From positions 76,831 through 140,830 of the forward strand of contig CDMY01000284.1 in NCBI GenBank assembly GCA_001179505.1: a stretch of 64,000 nt of DNA, read 5' to 3'. Below the pieces are notes generated by a model. The model made no database searches and was not told the origin of the DNA. It was given only the letters and a program-made list of their open reading frames with translations. This DNA is from Vitrella brassicaformis CCMP3155. Taxonomy: Eukaryota; Protista; Chromerida. Shown in pieces: positions 52,601 to 62,279 of the stretch (the stretch's first letter is position 1; the number at the start of each line of letters is the position of its first letter). A program made the translations under genes and the position numbers.

Positions 52601-52761
52601 GGGGGCAATCCGATGGTGGACCAAGTGCATGGCGCAGATGAGGAGATGGCTGGGAGGCGTCATGCCGATGGTGGTGATGGTGGTACCGAGATACGGGCGG
52701 CAGCAGTGAGCTGTGGTTTCGATGGTTGATGTGTGTATGAGTGGTGTCAAGAGTGCGAGGA
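52601..52761 (+). repeat. Inverted ~160-bp copy of a TAF6 exon end plus intron start (29743-29904)
   Basis: Direct alignment, roughly 90% identical by eye, spanning the GCA|GTGAGC donor. Confidence 0.9.
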
Positions 52762-53323
52762 CGCATCAACGTCTTGTGTGGTCCATGGGTGGTTCAATTA
52801 AGTATGCACATGCATGTGTGTGTCTGTGTCCACTCATCCCCTCAACCATCGAGCCACACAAATCACACACCCCACCAGCGGCAGCAGCACACTCCACACA
52901 CTGCACACACTCTGGCTATGCAACGGCCCGACATGTGTTCTGTTCTTCAAGAAGTGCCCCCTCCCTCCACCCATTGTCGACAGACACATGTCGGTCCCCC
53001 TCGTAAAACGCGGCTAGCGGTAGTGTGTTCTGTCTGGTCGTTCTTCGTGTTTGTATGTGTGTGCGTGTGTGGTGGCTACAGTCGTGGGAATGGGCAGACA
53101 GGCAGACAGACAGACAGACAGAGGGTGCAGATCAGTCGATCGACGAGACGGCCATCCATCCCACGTGCAGCCAGACGGCCAAACAGGCAGACATGGTGTC
53201 TTCTCGATGTGAGGCTGTCCACACTAATAGTGTGTGTGTTCTAAGTGAGGTGCGCTATCAGTCCCCCGCTGGCTTGGAAGTGTTTCTCAACGGTCATCCC
53301 TGACCACCAAGCTGACAGACAGC

Positions 53324-54200
53324 ATGCAACACGCAGCCAATCAACGTCGTGCAGAAAGTCAGGGACCACGAGTGCGTTGTGAATGTGTCTGTAGTGTGTG
53401 GCACGCGCACCCGGCAGATGCCGTTCCACCAGTGGCAGGGCACTCTAATAGCAGTAGCGCCAGCACCGAACTTGTATGGGCCGCACTGCGATCCGTCAGC
53501 GTGGCTCATACACCAGAAGTTACTCTCGCTATTGCTACAAGAGCCTTACCCACACCGCGCAAGACAGACAGACAGACGGACACATGTATGCATCTGTATG
53601 TGTATTGCCCGCCCCCGCGTATTGCTTACCCGCAACAGTGTGGCCTCCCTGCCCCTTGGTGAAGCCCTTCATCTGCTGCTCGGCGGTGTGGATGGCGTCG
53701 AGGGCGCTCGCGGCCATCTTGTGGGCCGCCCGGCTCATCTTGTTGGCCGCCACCATCATGGTCTTGGCCTGCTGCACCTGCTGCTGCACAAACGCCGCCG
53801 CCCCAGAGCCCTCCGACAATGCACGTGCACACACAGCACAGCACCACCTACACACGCGGGATGCACCCCACCCAGATAGATCCAACCATCCATCGCATCC
53901 GCCCATGCATCCCATCCATCCCGGCCGCACCTGTGTTGCCGGCAGCCATGCCGGAGATCTCGCCCGTGCGGTCCACAAACGACCCACCTGCACACAGCAG
54001 CAGGTAGGACAGCCACATATGAGCCAGGAGTGATGGGTGTGCCATAGATCCAACTCCCTCTCAACCATTACCTACCGTCGGCAGGGCAGTCGTATCCCTC
54101 TTCACAGTCGCCGCGCGTGGCCGTCGCCATGGCCACTGCCGATATGGCCGCCAACGCGATGAGGAGCAAAAACTTGCTTCGGCTGGCCAAAACGGCGGCG
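53324..54200 (-). CDS. Small secreted protein with Gln/Ala-rich helix and Cys-rich C-terminus
   Basis: FLLLIALAAISAVAMATA, GDCEEGYDCPAD, QQQVQQAKTMMVAANKM, GSCSNSESNFWCMSHADGSQCGPY...PCHWWNGIC. Start and stop are uncertain. Confidence 0.55.
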
Positions 54201-54646
54201 AGGATCTGGATCCCCACGCAGGACCGATCTACTTCTGATTCTTGTAGTGAGGTGAATGTACACGATGCATCCAGCAGAAAGAAACAAAAGCAGTGCGACT
54301 GCCTCATGCTGTCGTTGCATGCACCACTCATGCTGTCCTTAACCTCCTCCTCCTCATGAGTCTGGTCTCCCCCTCCTGCCCTTCTGCAAGGCGGCCGCCC
54401 TCGAGGGCACTAGCTAAGAGCTCTGCTAGCTAATGTATACGCGTTGTGGACACCAGAGAGGGACTGCGTCCGCCATTTGCCATTCAATCGATTGATGTGT
54501 CCCCCCCCACCCCCCACCCCCCACCCGCACACACACAAACACACACACACACACCCCACCCCCCACCCGCACACACACAAACACACACAGCGCCCCAAAA
54601 CACAGTTCATTGCAGTGCACGCAGTTAGTCGCCCATCTATCGTCAG

Positions 54647-56101
54647 CTATGCTCTCCACCGCACAATGGACCACCTATTGCACATTCCCGACTCCCCCAC
54701 CCTCAACCTGCCCCTTGGCCATGCCNNNNNNNNNNNNNNNNNNNNNNNNNNNNNNNNNNNNNNNNNNNNNNNNNNNNNNNNNNNNNNNNNNNNNNNNNNN
54801 NNNNNNNNNNNNNNNNNNNNNNNNNNNNNNNNNNNNNNNNNNNNNNNNNNNNNNNNNNNNNNNNNNNNNNNNNNNNNNNNNNNNNNNNNNNNNNNNNNNN
54901 NNNNNNNNNNNNNNNNNNNNNNNNNNNNNNNNNNNNNNNNNNNNNNNNNNNNNNNNNNNNNNNNNNNNNNNNNNNNNNNNNNNNNNNNNNNNNNNNNNNN
55001 NNNNNNNNNNNNNNNNNNNNNNNNNCGTGACCTTGATGCGAGACCTGCTAGGGGAGCGGGCGGCCGCACGGGCACGCTTGTGGCCATGAGCGGACACGCT
55101 TCTGCCACGTCCTGTGTGGTCGGAGAGAGGAGGGATTCACCTGTGTGCATGTATGTGTGTGGTGCGCCCGTGCGTGTGGGTCACCGTACCCTTGGTGGTC
55201 CGCCTTCTTGGCGGGGGGTACTCTGTGTCGTGTTCGTCGCTCATCACGATGTTCTCCTCCTCTTCCTCCGAGTCTGACACTGACCGGCAGAGAAAAGGAA
55301 CGACCCGACACATCTGCATTGCACGTTTCAGGCTTGCTTACGCGACTTGCGGATCACAGCCGTGGCGACCCTGGCCGACCGACGACGCTCACGATACGGC
55401 ACGCCTGCATGCCCGCCCCACACATCCGCACACGCAATGAGTGCCACAGTGGACGTACATCCGCCACCCAGCCAGCCACCTTGCTTCTGGGCCAGTTTCC
55501 ACAGCTCAAACTCCATCTGCTTGTCCCGCATCTCCCGCAGCCCCGCCTTAGTGAAGGTCGTACTCTTCATCCTCTTGGACCTCCTCCCGTCCCAGTGGTG
55601 GCACTCGTCCCGGATGCGCACATCGCGCACCGGCCAACCCCACTCCCCATCATCTCCTTGTGTGACGATGAGGGTGATGCCAGCCGGCACGCACACCATC
55701 ACCTGGCGAGGCCCCGTCTGCTCAAACGTGGCCTCGCTTGCGCGCGTCCACCCGAGCCTCGAACCCATCCGGGCGATGAACGATTGGCGGCAGTCGGCCT
55801 CCGTGGTGTTGAGAGGGCGGTGTTTCTGGCTGTTGGGCGGGCGGGGTGCTCCGGCCTGAACGGCCTCCACTATGGATAACTCGCCTGCATCAACCCATCC
55901 ACAAGGACCACCATTTATCCCCGGAATGAGCAGATGCATCCCTTCGATACCTTTCGTTTCGTGCTGCTGCTCGGTGGACTCCGACATGTGGCTGGCGTCG
56001 CATGATTCCTCATCATCAACGTGATGCGGCGACCTGTCCGGGCCGAGTGACACGATGCGGCGGCTCATTTGGACGGGACCAGGCTGACTTCTCTTCTGCA
56101 T
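54647..56101 (-). CDS. Hypothetical protein running into the gap
   Basis: 257-aa first exon, then spliced SVSDSEEEEENIVMSDE...RRRTTK|GESLLSP exons. No family recognised. Confidence 0.55.
54726..55025. other. Assembly gap (300 N)
   Basis: Run of N; interrupts the 3' part of the 54.6-56.1 kb gene. Confidence 0.99.
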
Positions 56102-56166
56102 GGCCTCTAGAAGCTGTCGGTGCTGTGCAGAGGATGCATTCTACCTTCGCCGCGTCTGCCTCCTCC

Positions 56167-56186
56167 GATCGCGATCCAAGCTCGCA
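56167..56186 (-). promoter_or_regulatory. GATCGCGATC palindrome + AAGCTCGCA motif
   Basis: Between divergent ATGs 56101 and 56219. Confidence 0.45.
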
Positions 56187-56218
56187 GCTCCCGCGAAAAG
56201 AGAAGAGAGGGGAGCGTT

Positions 56219-56734
56219 ATGACAAAAAGGCCGCATACCGCGGTAATGGATCAGAAGGGCTGCGTCCGTGGCGGCCTTGCAGCTGGTGCTGCGAACCGCG
56301 AGCGGGCTGTGCTGCGCAGGGACTCCGAGGAGTCCGCCGCTGCTGCTGGTGCGCACCCTGCGGCGCCGACTCCCGGACAGACATCGAAGTACCCCTGTAA
56401 GCTGGCCAAGAGTCAATTATTCACTTTGCCTCCGACTTCTTTTTGGTGTCAGTTGACCTGTTTCTGGAGGATATGTTGGGCAAGGTGGACCGCAAGCTGA
56501 CCAGCAGTGAGCGGACGGTCTTCGAGTTAAACATGAGTGAGCGCAGATAGAAACAGGCACACTCAAGGCCAAGATTCAACTCTCATGTGTCTTCATTGCA
56601 GTGTCGTGGTGGAAATCGATGACCTACGACGACAAGCGGAAGTGGATCATCAAGGTGATCCACTGAAGCACACAAACTCACCACACGCGCAGGGCTTTTG
56701 TTTGTCTCAGTATAACCGACTGAACAACCAGTAG
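56219..56734 (+). CDS. Small HMG-box-like protein (4 exons)
   Basis: Introns 56397-56452, 56537-56601 and 56655-56710 give ...KYPFDLFLEDMLGKVDRKLTSSERTVFELNMMSWWKSMTYDDKRKWIIKYNRLNNQ*. Confidence 0.65.
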
Positions 56735-56920
56735 TGTATGACGCCCACACCCAGGACACCAGGTGCGCCACGAGTGACCCCCACCGCCAACGTCTTGAGT
56801 CCGACTGCCACTCATACACACTCCCTCTCTCCCTCTCCCTCTCCCTCTCTGTCTCTGCAGGACCCGCCCTCTAGTGCATCCACAAGACAAGATGGACAGG
56901 AAGGTGGCTGTCGAGCCGCT

Positions 56921-57192
56921 GGCACCTGTAGTGTGCCCATGCGCTCTGTCAGCATGACGGAGACACAGACGATACCAAGACAGGCGGACAGACAGACAGA
57001 CAGACAGACAGTCGTCACTGTACATGGAGGGTACAGGGAGAAGTGGGGCAAAGGGGATGGGGCACCTGTAGTGTGCCCATGCGCTCTGTCAGCATGACGG
57101 AGACACAGACGATACCAAGACAGGCGGACAGACAGACAGACAGTCGTCACTGTACATGGGGGGTACAGGGAGAAGTGGGGCAAAGGGGATGG
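56921..57192. repeat. Tandem duplication (140 + 132 bp)
   Basis: The copies differ by two CAGA units and one substitution. Confidence 0.95.
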
Positions 57193-57661
57193 AATGTCCG
57201 CTACTGCACCTTGGCCGTAAATTTCGGGGGGGGGTTGAGGGGGGTGAGGTTTTTTGACTTACCAGTTAAAGAGAGTCGGCGCTGTCTGCGACGTATGGCA
57301 GCAACGAGAAGAAAGTGCAGATGTCTCACAGGTCTTCCTACTGCAGCCTAGGCTCGGTCAGGATGGACCGAGCCTATGAATCAGTCAGTCTTCAATCAGA
57401 TACACATAGACGACACACATACATCACACACAGGTCGGCTCCCCTCTCTGTCCCTCCCTCCCTCCATCTCCACCATCTGCACACGCAATGCTCTCAGGCT
57501 TCTCCATAGAGAGAGAGACATAGTTGAGAGTGGGGAAAAAACGTACGCTTACTTACGCAACCCACACACGGATGCACTCATAGTCGCGGTAGACACCAAG
57601 ACAAAGCCATCCATCAACACGCTCGAGCCTCAGCGAGCGACAGCCCTTTTCCCCTCCGCCA

Positions 57662-57755
57662 CCACGCCACGCAAGACAGCTGATCGATGTCATATGCGAC
57701 AACTGCCGTGCGTTCCGTGATGCCGTTGTAGAAAAGGGACGCCACACTGCAGAGC
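57662..57755 (-). repeat. Dispersed ~95-bp hairpin element, copy 2
   Basis: The reverse complement aligns with 47349-47442. Confidence 0.8.
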
Positions 57756-57958
57756 TGTCTGTCCACCCTCTGCCCCCCTCTCCACCAGCCATCCACTCAG
57801 AATGCAACACAGCGGAAAAAGAGACACGTAAGGCATGAGCCGTCCATCGACCCCCATCCCAGCGATCACATCCCTATGTACACAGCCGCCGCCACCGCCA
57901 CCACCAGCAGCATCACAACAGAAAACTTTGCATCTCACGAACGAACGAACGAATCAAA

Positions 57959-60503
57959 TCACTCGTCATCGCGCTCATCGTCATCGGCATCATCTGGCGC
58001 GCCGGCAAACCACGGATGTCTCAGGGCCTCGTCGACGGTGACGCGCTCGACTGCGTCGGGATGCAGCAGCCTCCGCAGCAGGTCGCGTGCTGCGGGGTTG
58101 GGCAGCCCCACGCCAGAAGGGTCGCGCCGACGCAGCAGAGAGGCAAACTGATGGATGGACCACCACACATACCACACCACACAGTGTGGGGTTGCATGTT
58201 CAGCCTCTCCTCTCCTCTCCACTCCCCCCCCTCTCTCTCTGATGCTCACCTCTTCGTCAGAACACCTCGGGCCTTCATATTCATAATCAGCGGGTTTCTC
58301 CCCCCATTGTCGCTCGGCGTCGTAAGCGCCACCAGTCCTCTCAGCTGCCGCTGCAGGCGGCCCCGCACCCTCCCTCTCAGCCGGTGGGCCGCCACCCCTC
58401 ACCGCCAGCGCATTGGCAGTGTGATACCCATCACCATCACCACCCCCACCCCCAGCTTCGGTGTCCTCAGCCAGCCTCACCACGCGCATGACACTGTCCC
58501 TTCGCTCCCTCCCTCTCAGGTCTCTCCTGTACAGGATGGGATAAATCGGTCCCGTCACTTCGTGCGCGTCTCTGATGGCCATCTGGTGGGGGTGGGGTTG
58601 GGGGTGAGGGGCGGCGGAGATGTTGTCGATTTGCATGAGAGGGAGGGGCGGCATGGTGACCGTGATGGCGTTCTGTGTGGGGATGAGGCAGAGGGCGTCA
58701 AGGGCGGAGAGCAGGAGGGATTGCCGGATGACGCCGGGAGAGGCGCCCTCTTGACGGAGATGGTGCTCCAACTGCCAGCCAGTACACACACACAGACGGA
58801 CAGATCCACACATGACATGCAGAGCCACCCACATCCAGGCAGGCCGTTTCTGCTGACCGACCTTTGCCCTTTTCCTCTCGTCCTCAATCACAAATACATC
58901 CTTCCGCCCCAGCACCATCTGCAGCATGACCACCCCCACCCCCCAGACATCGTAGCTCGGCTCCCGCCAAAACCTATGACGCGCAAATCGATGGCTGCTG
59001 CCGCCGCTGCCGCTGCCGCCTTCAGTCGCCTCATCGAGGGGGTCTGCAACCGCCTCCGGTGGCCGGTGGTCGTGTGTTTCTTCTGTGGGCGAGGGGGAGA
59101 CGGTGTCTGGGTAGAGGTAGGCAATGGAGAGAGGGAGAATGCCCTGAAACGGCGCAGCACTGCCCCAATCTGAAAGACCACAGCCGAGGTGACACACCAA
59201 GTGTGTGGCCATCCTGCATGTGTATGTGTGTATGTGTATGTGGATGGGGTTGGGAATGGGGCAGCACCAACCAGCGATTCTCAGGTCGATGGGGAGTAGT
59301 GGGGGCATCAGTACGTTCGCCATTTTGATGTCGCGGTGTGTCACGTTGTGGTGGTGGCTGTGGGCCAGGCCGATGAGCATCTGCCGCACCATGTCGCGCA
59401 CCAAGTGCTCCCCGAGAGGGTGACGCTTTAGAGACCACCAGAACGAGCTCTGCGCGATGAAGGATGGGCGCACCACACACACACACACACAGAGATTGAT
59501 GAGTGTTTCGCCCTCCCTCTATGCACTCGCTGTACTTCACACGCATTACATTACCGGCCTGAGTGCCCCCTGCAAGTTGCTGTCGGGCTGGAAGAGGTGG
59601 TTGACGAGAGAGTAGCCCTCGTCGTAGAAGACCAGCCATAGATCCCCGTCAGGCTCCTCGAACTTCTCGATGAAGCGGCTGATGTGACTCTTGCCGCGAA
59701 GCGCCTCGCCGTAATACGCCTGAACGAATGCCACCACACCAACAGAGAGAGAGAAAGGGAAACGCATTCGGCTGTGGCAAACATTGGTGTGGCTCACTCT
59801 TACCTCTCTGAGCCCACTCAGTCTGACAGCCTCGCCCCCCTGCTCGGTGAACATGCGTTTCAACACCACATTGGGCGGCCCCTTAGCGGGGTTGACGTTG
59901 ATGGCCCGCCACACCTCGCCATACGCGCCCTTGCCCAGCCTCGTGTGGGGCGTGTACTGCTCCTCACGCGTAGAGGGCAGCACGGAGGGCCACTTGGCAC
60001 CCATATACGGGCCCGACAGCCATCTGCACACACCACACAAGCACGCGACAGAGTGTGTGTCCTTCGTCCATCGTGTGCTGCTGAGCTTACAGAGCAGGGT
60101 TAACGCAGGTTTCTGGTGCGGTGAGCAGCAGCGGCGCCATCGCCCCGCTCTCCGCCACCCGGCCACTCTGCTGTGGCGGCAGTGCCTCCACATCCATGGG
60201 GTTGGGCAGTGCATAGTGCCGCCCGCCCCCAATCCTCTCCACCAGCACATACTGACCCCTCACAACCATCCCGCTCTCCAGCCGCCGCCTCGTCAGTCTG
60301 CTCCTTCTTTCATGGTCGATAGCTGCCGCCGCGTCGACGGTCCACGGCCCGCCCGAGAATGCATGTTTCTGCGCACCGGGGTAGAGAGGCGGCAATGGGG
60401 GATGCGGCGGGTCGGGGGATGGCTGTGGCGGCACTGGAAGCGGAAGGAAGGCGTGCAGGAGGATGGCGGCCTCCGTCCACAGCCAGGAGAGCACCGCCTG
60501 CAT
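57959..60503 (-). CDS. Ser/Thr kinase resembling the plant At3g63330-type family
   Basis: LGKGAYGEVW, VVLKRM, LSGLRE|AYYGE, HISRFIEKFE, LWLVFYDEG, SSFWWSLK, VTHRDIKMAN, DWGSA, YDVWGVGVVMLQMVLG, RRRDPSGVGLPN...LLRRLL...VTVDEALRHPWF. Confidence 0.88.
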
Positions 60504-60652
60504 GGCGGCCGCCTTGTACGTTCTGTGCTCTCGCTCTCACGGACGGGTGAAGCACCCGTACAGCCTTAATTGCATCGTTGTCGTGCTGAAGCTCCTCTCA
60601 GCGGCGCTCTCTTACCCGAAGGACCTCGAAATTATCCCTTCCTCATTTGCGC

Positions 60653-60664
60653 GCTAAGCTCGCA
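60653..60664 (-). promoter_or_regulatory. TGCGAGCTTAGC motif
   Basis: Exact inverted copy of 46808-46819, between ATGs 60503 and 60719. Confidence 0.5.
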
Positions 60665-60718
60665 GGGGCTGGGCGTGCGTGAAAGCGCTCTCTCTGGGAG
60701 CTTGGAGGAGCTTCCAAA

Positions 60719-61456
60719 ATGGCTGAGAAGGAGAGGATGGACGCTGCTAACGATCTGCCGGCAGCAGCTGCAAACGAATCTACTGACGAGCACGATGACC
60801 TGGCGGCTCAGCTGGCGGCCATTCAGGAGAAACTCGATGGCTACGACGAAGATGAAGACGACAATGAAGGCAACGCCGAGGCGCCTGAGCAAGATGAGCA
60901 GCCGATCCCGCCACCTCCCCCTCCCCCTCCAGCGGCAGGAGCGCCATCGGACAAGAAGAGAAAAGTGTTGCTGCCGTCGCCCGACGAGGCCTTCAGGACG
61001 ACCGAGAAGACCTTCCAGCAGTACGTCGACGCGCCGTCCGACCACAGGAGCAAGTTCGCCAAGATGGAGCACGTTGGCCTCGGTCCCACCCCTGGGGCGG
61101 ACGGCCGGCAGCCATCGTCGGGAGCATCACGGGATCGTGAGGCGAAGGAGGCTGCCCAGCGGATCTATGTGGGCATCCCCGAGCCGACGTGGCATGTGGA
61201 GCATCACGACAAGCCGCCGCCACCTGAACCGGGAAGAAAGAAGAGAGACAAGGAGGAAGACGCTGGAGGCGGGAGAGAGAGGGAGAGGGAGCGTGGGCGG
61301 GGTGGCGCCATGAAGCGCGGCCATGAGCAGCAGCAGCATGGCGACAAGAAGGAGACGGTCAAGGATAGGGAGCGGATCAAGCGGATGAAGGGGCAGTCGT
61401 CGCAGCATGGGTGGAAGCCTGAGGAGTTCATGAGACTGAGGCAACAATTCGACTGA
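60719..61456 (+). CDS. Intronless charged low-complexity protein (probably nuclear) with a conserved-looking C-terminus
   Basis: 245-aa ORF with LLPSPDEAF and terminal KDRERIKRMKGQSS..WKPEEFMRLRQQFD*. Family not named with confidence. Confidence 0.8.
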   Translation: MAEKERMDAANDLPAAAANESTDEHDDLAAQLAAIQEKLDGYDEDEDDNEGNAEAPEQDEQPIPPPPPPPPAAGAPSDKKRKVLLPSPDEAFRTTEKTFQQYVDAPSDHRSKFAKMEHVGLGPTPGADGRQPSSGASRDREAKEAAQRIYVGIPEPTWHVEHHDKPPPPEPGRKKRDKEEDAGGGRERERERGRGGAMKRGHEQQQHGDKKETVKDRERIKRMKGQSSQHGWKPEEFMRLRQQFD

Positions 61457-62279
61457 CTGACTGAGTGTGGGTTTCGTTCGATAGTGTCGGTGTGGACGAC
61501 CTCCACTGGGTGCATCTCACATAGTGCACCACTCGGTGGCGGCTGGCCACACCGGCGTCATCGGACGAAACACTCACACTCACACGCAGAGAGTGGGATG
61601 GGATCACATCACACATGGCGCCTAGCGGACCAGTGATGTTTTTGCCGTCGTGTCGAGTTGAGCTATGTTGGTTGTGTGGATGAGCTGTGTGTGTCTGTTG
61701 GCTGCTGTTCCTGTCCCGCTGTCTGAGGGAGATGGACTGGCTGTTGGCGCAGACAGACAGTTACTCTCACTGAGTCGATGGGACAGGTGCAGAGGTCACT
61801 GCACAGACCTTGATTCGATATGGAAGACTCGATTCAACTGCATATCTGGTCGGTTGCCAGATGTGATCCACATGCCAGATGTGGTCGGTCGACGTGAATG
61901 CACATCACATGCAGTCATTGACTTGTGTGTCTGTACAGTCCCAATGAATGCCCACATGTCATGGCGCACACACAGATACACGGCACCCATCGACCAGCCA
62001 GCCAGCCAGCCAGTCAGCCACAGCACACTAACTAAGCAAACAGCCTCCCATCCCATCCCACATCAAGAGCCCCTCCTGCAGGCGAACTGCAATAGTCTAC
62101 ACACACAGAGGCTCGTAGAGGTACGAGTCCATCCCTCCATGCATCCATCACTGGTTGAGGGGTGGAGAGGGCAGCGCCGTGGAGCTCTCGTCGCCAGCAC
62201 CACCCTAACACACACATAGACAGGCGCATCCATCCATCCATCCAGCCCTGTTGACGCGATGCACCACACGGATGCATCC

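Noticed and set aside
55050-55140. SLBP-like NPxxxxxRxWxxxVxxW peptide
   Set aside because: It is in the wrong frame given the phase-1 donor; the spliced frame reads GESLLSPTTQDVAE.
56921-57192. Direct repeats as a CRISPR array or LTRs
   Set aside because: Two abutting copies with no spacers, TG..CA ends or internal ORF; eukaryotic context.
57000-57800. Possible small minus-strand gene between the kinase and HMG-like gene
   Set aside because: Candidate exons do not join into an open frame with a start; better explained as 3' UTR and repeats.
60543-60559. ACGGGTG-AAG-CACCCGT inverted repeat
   Set aside because: A single short hairpin with no counterpart in the other spacers; within chance for GC-rich DNA.
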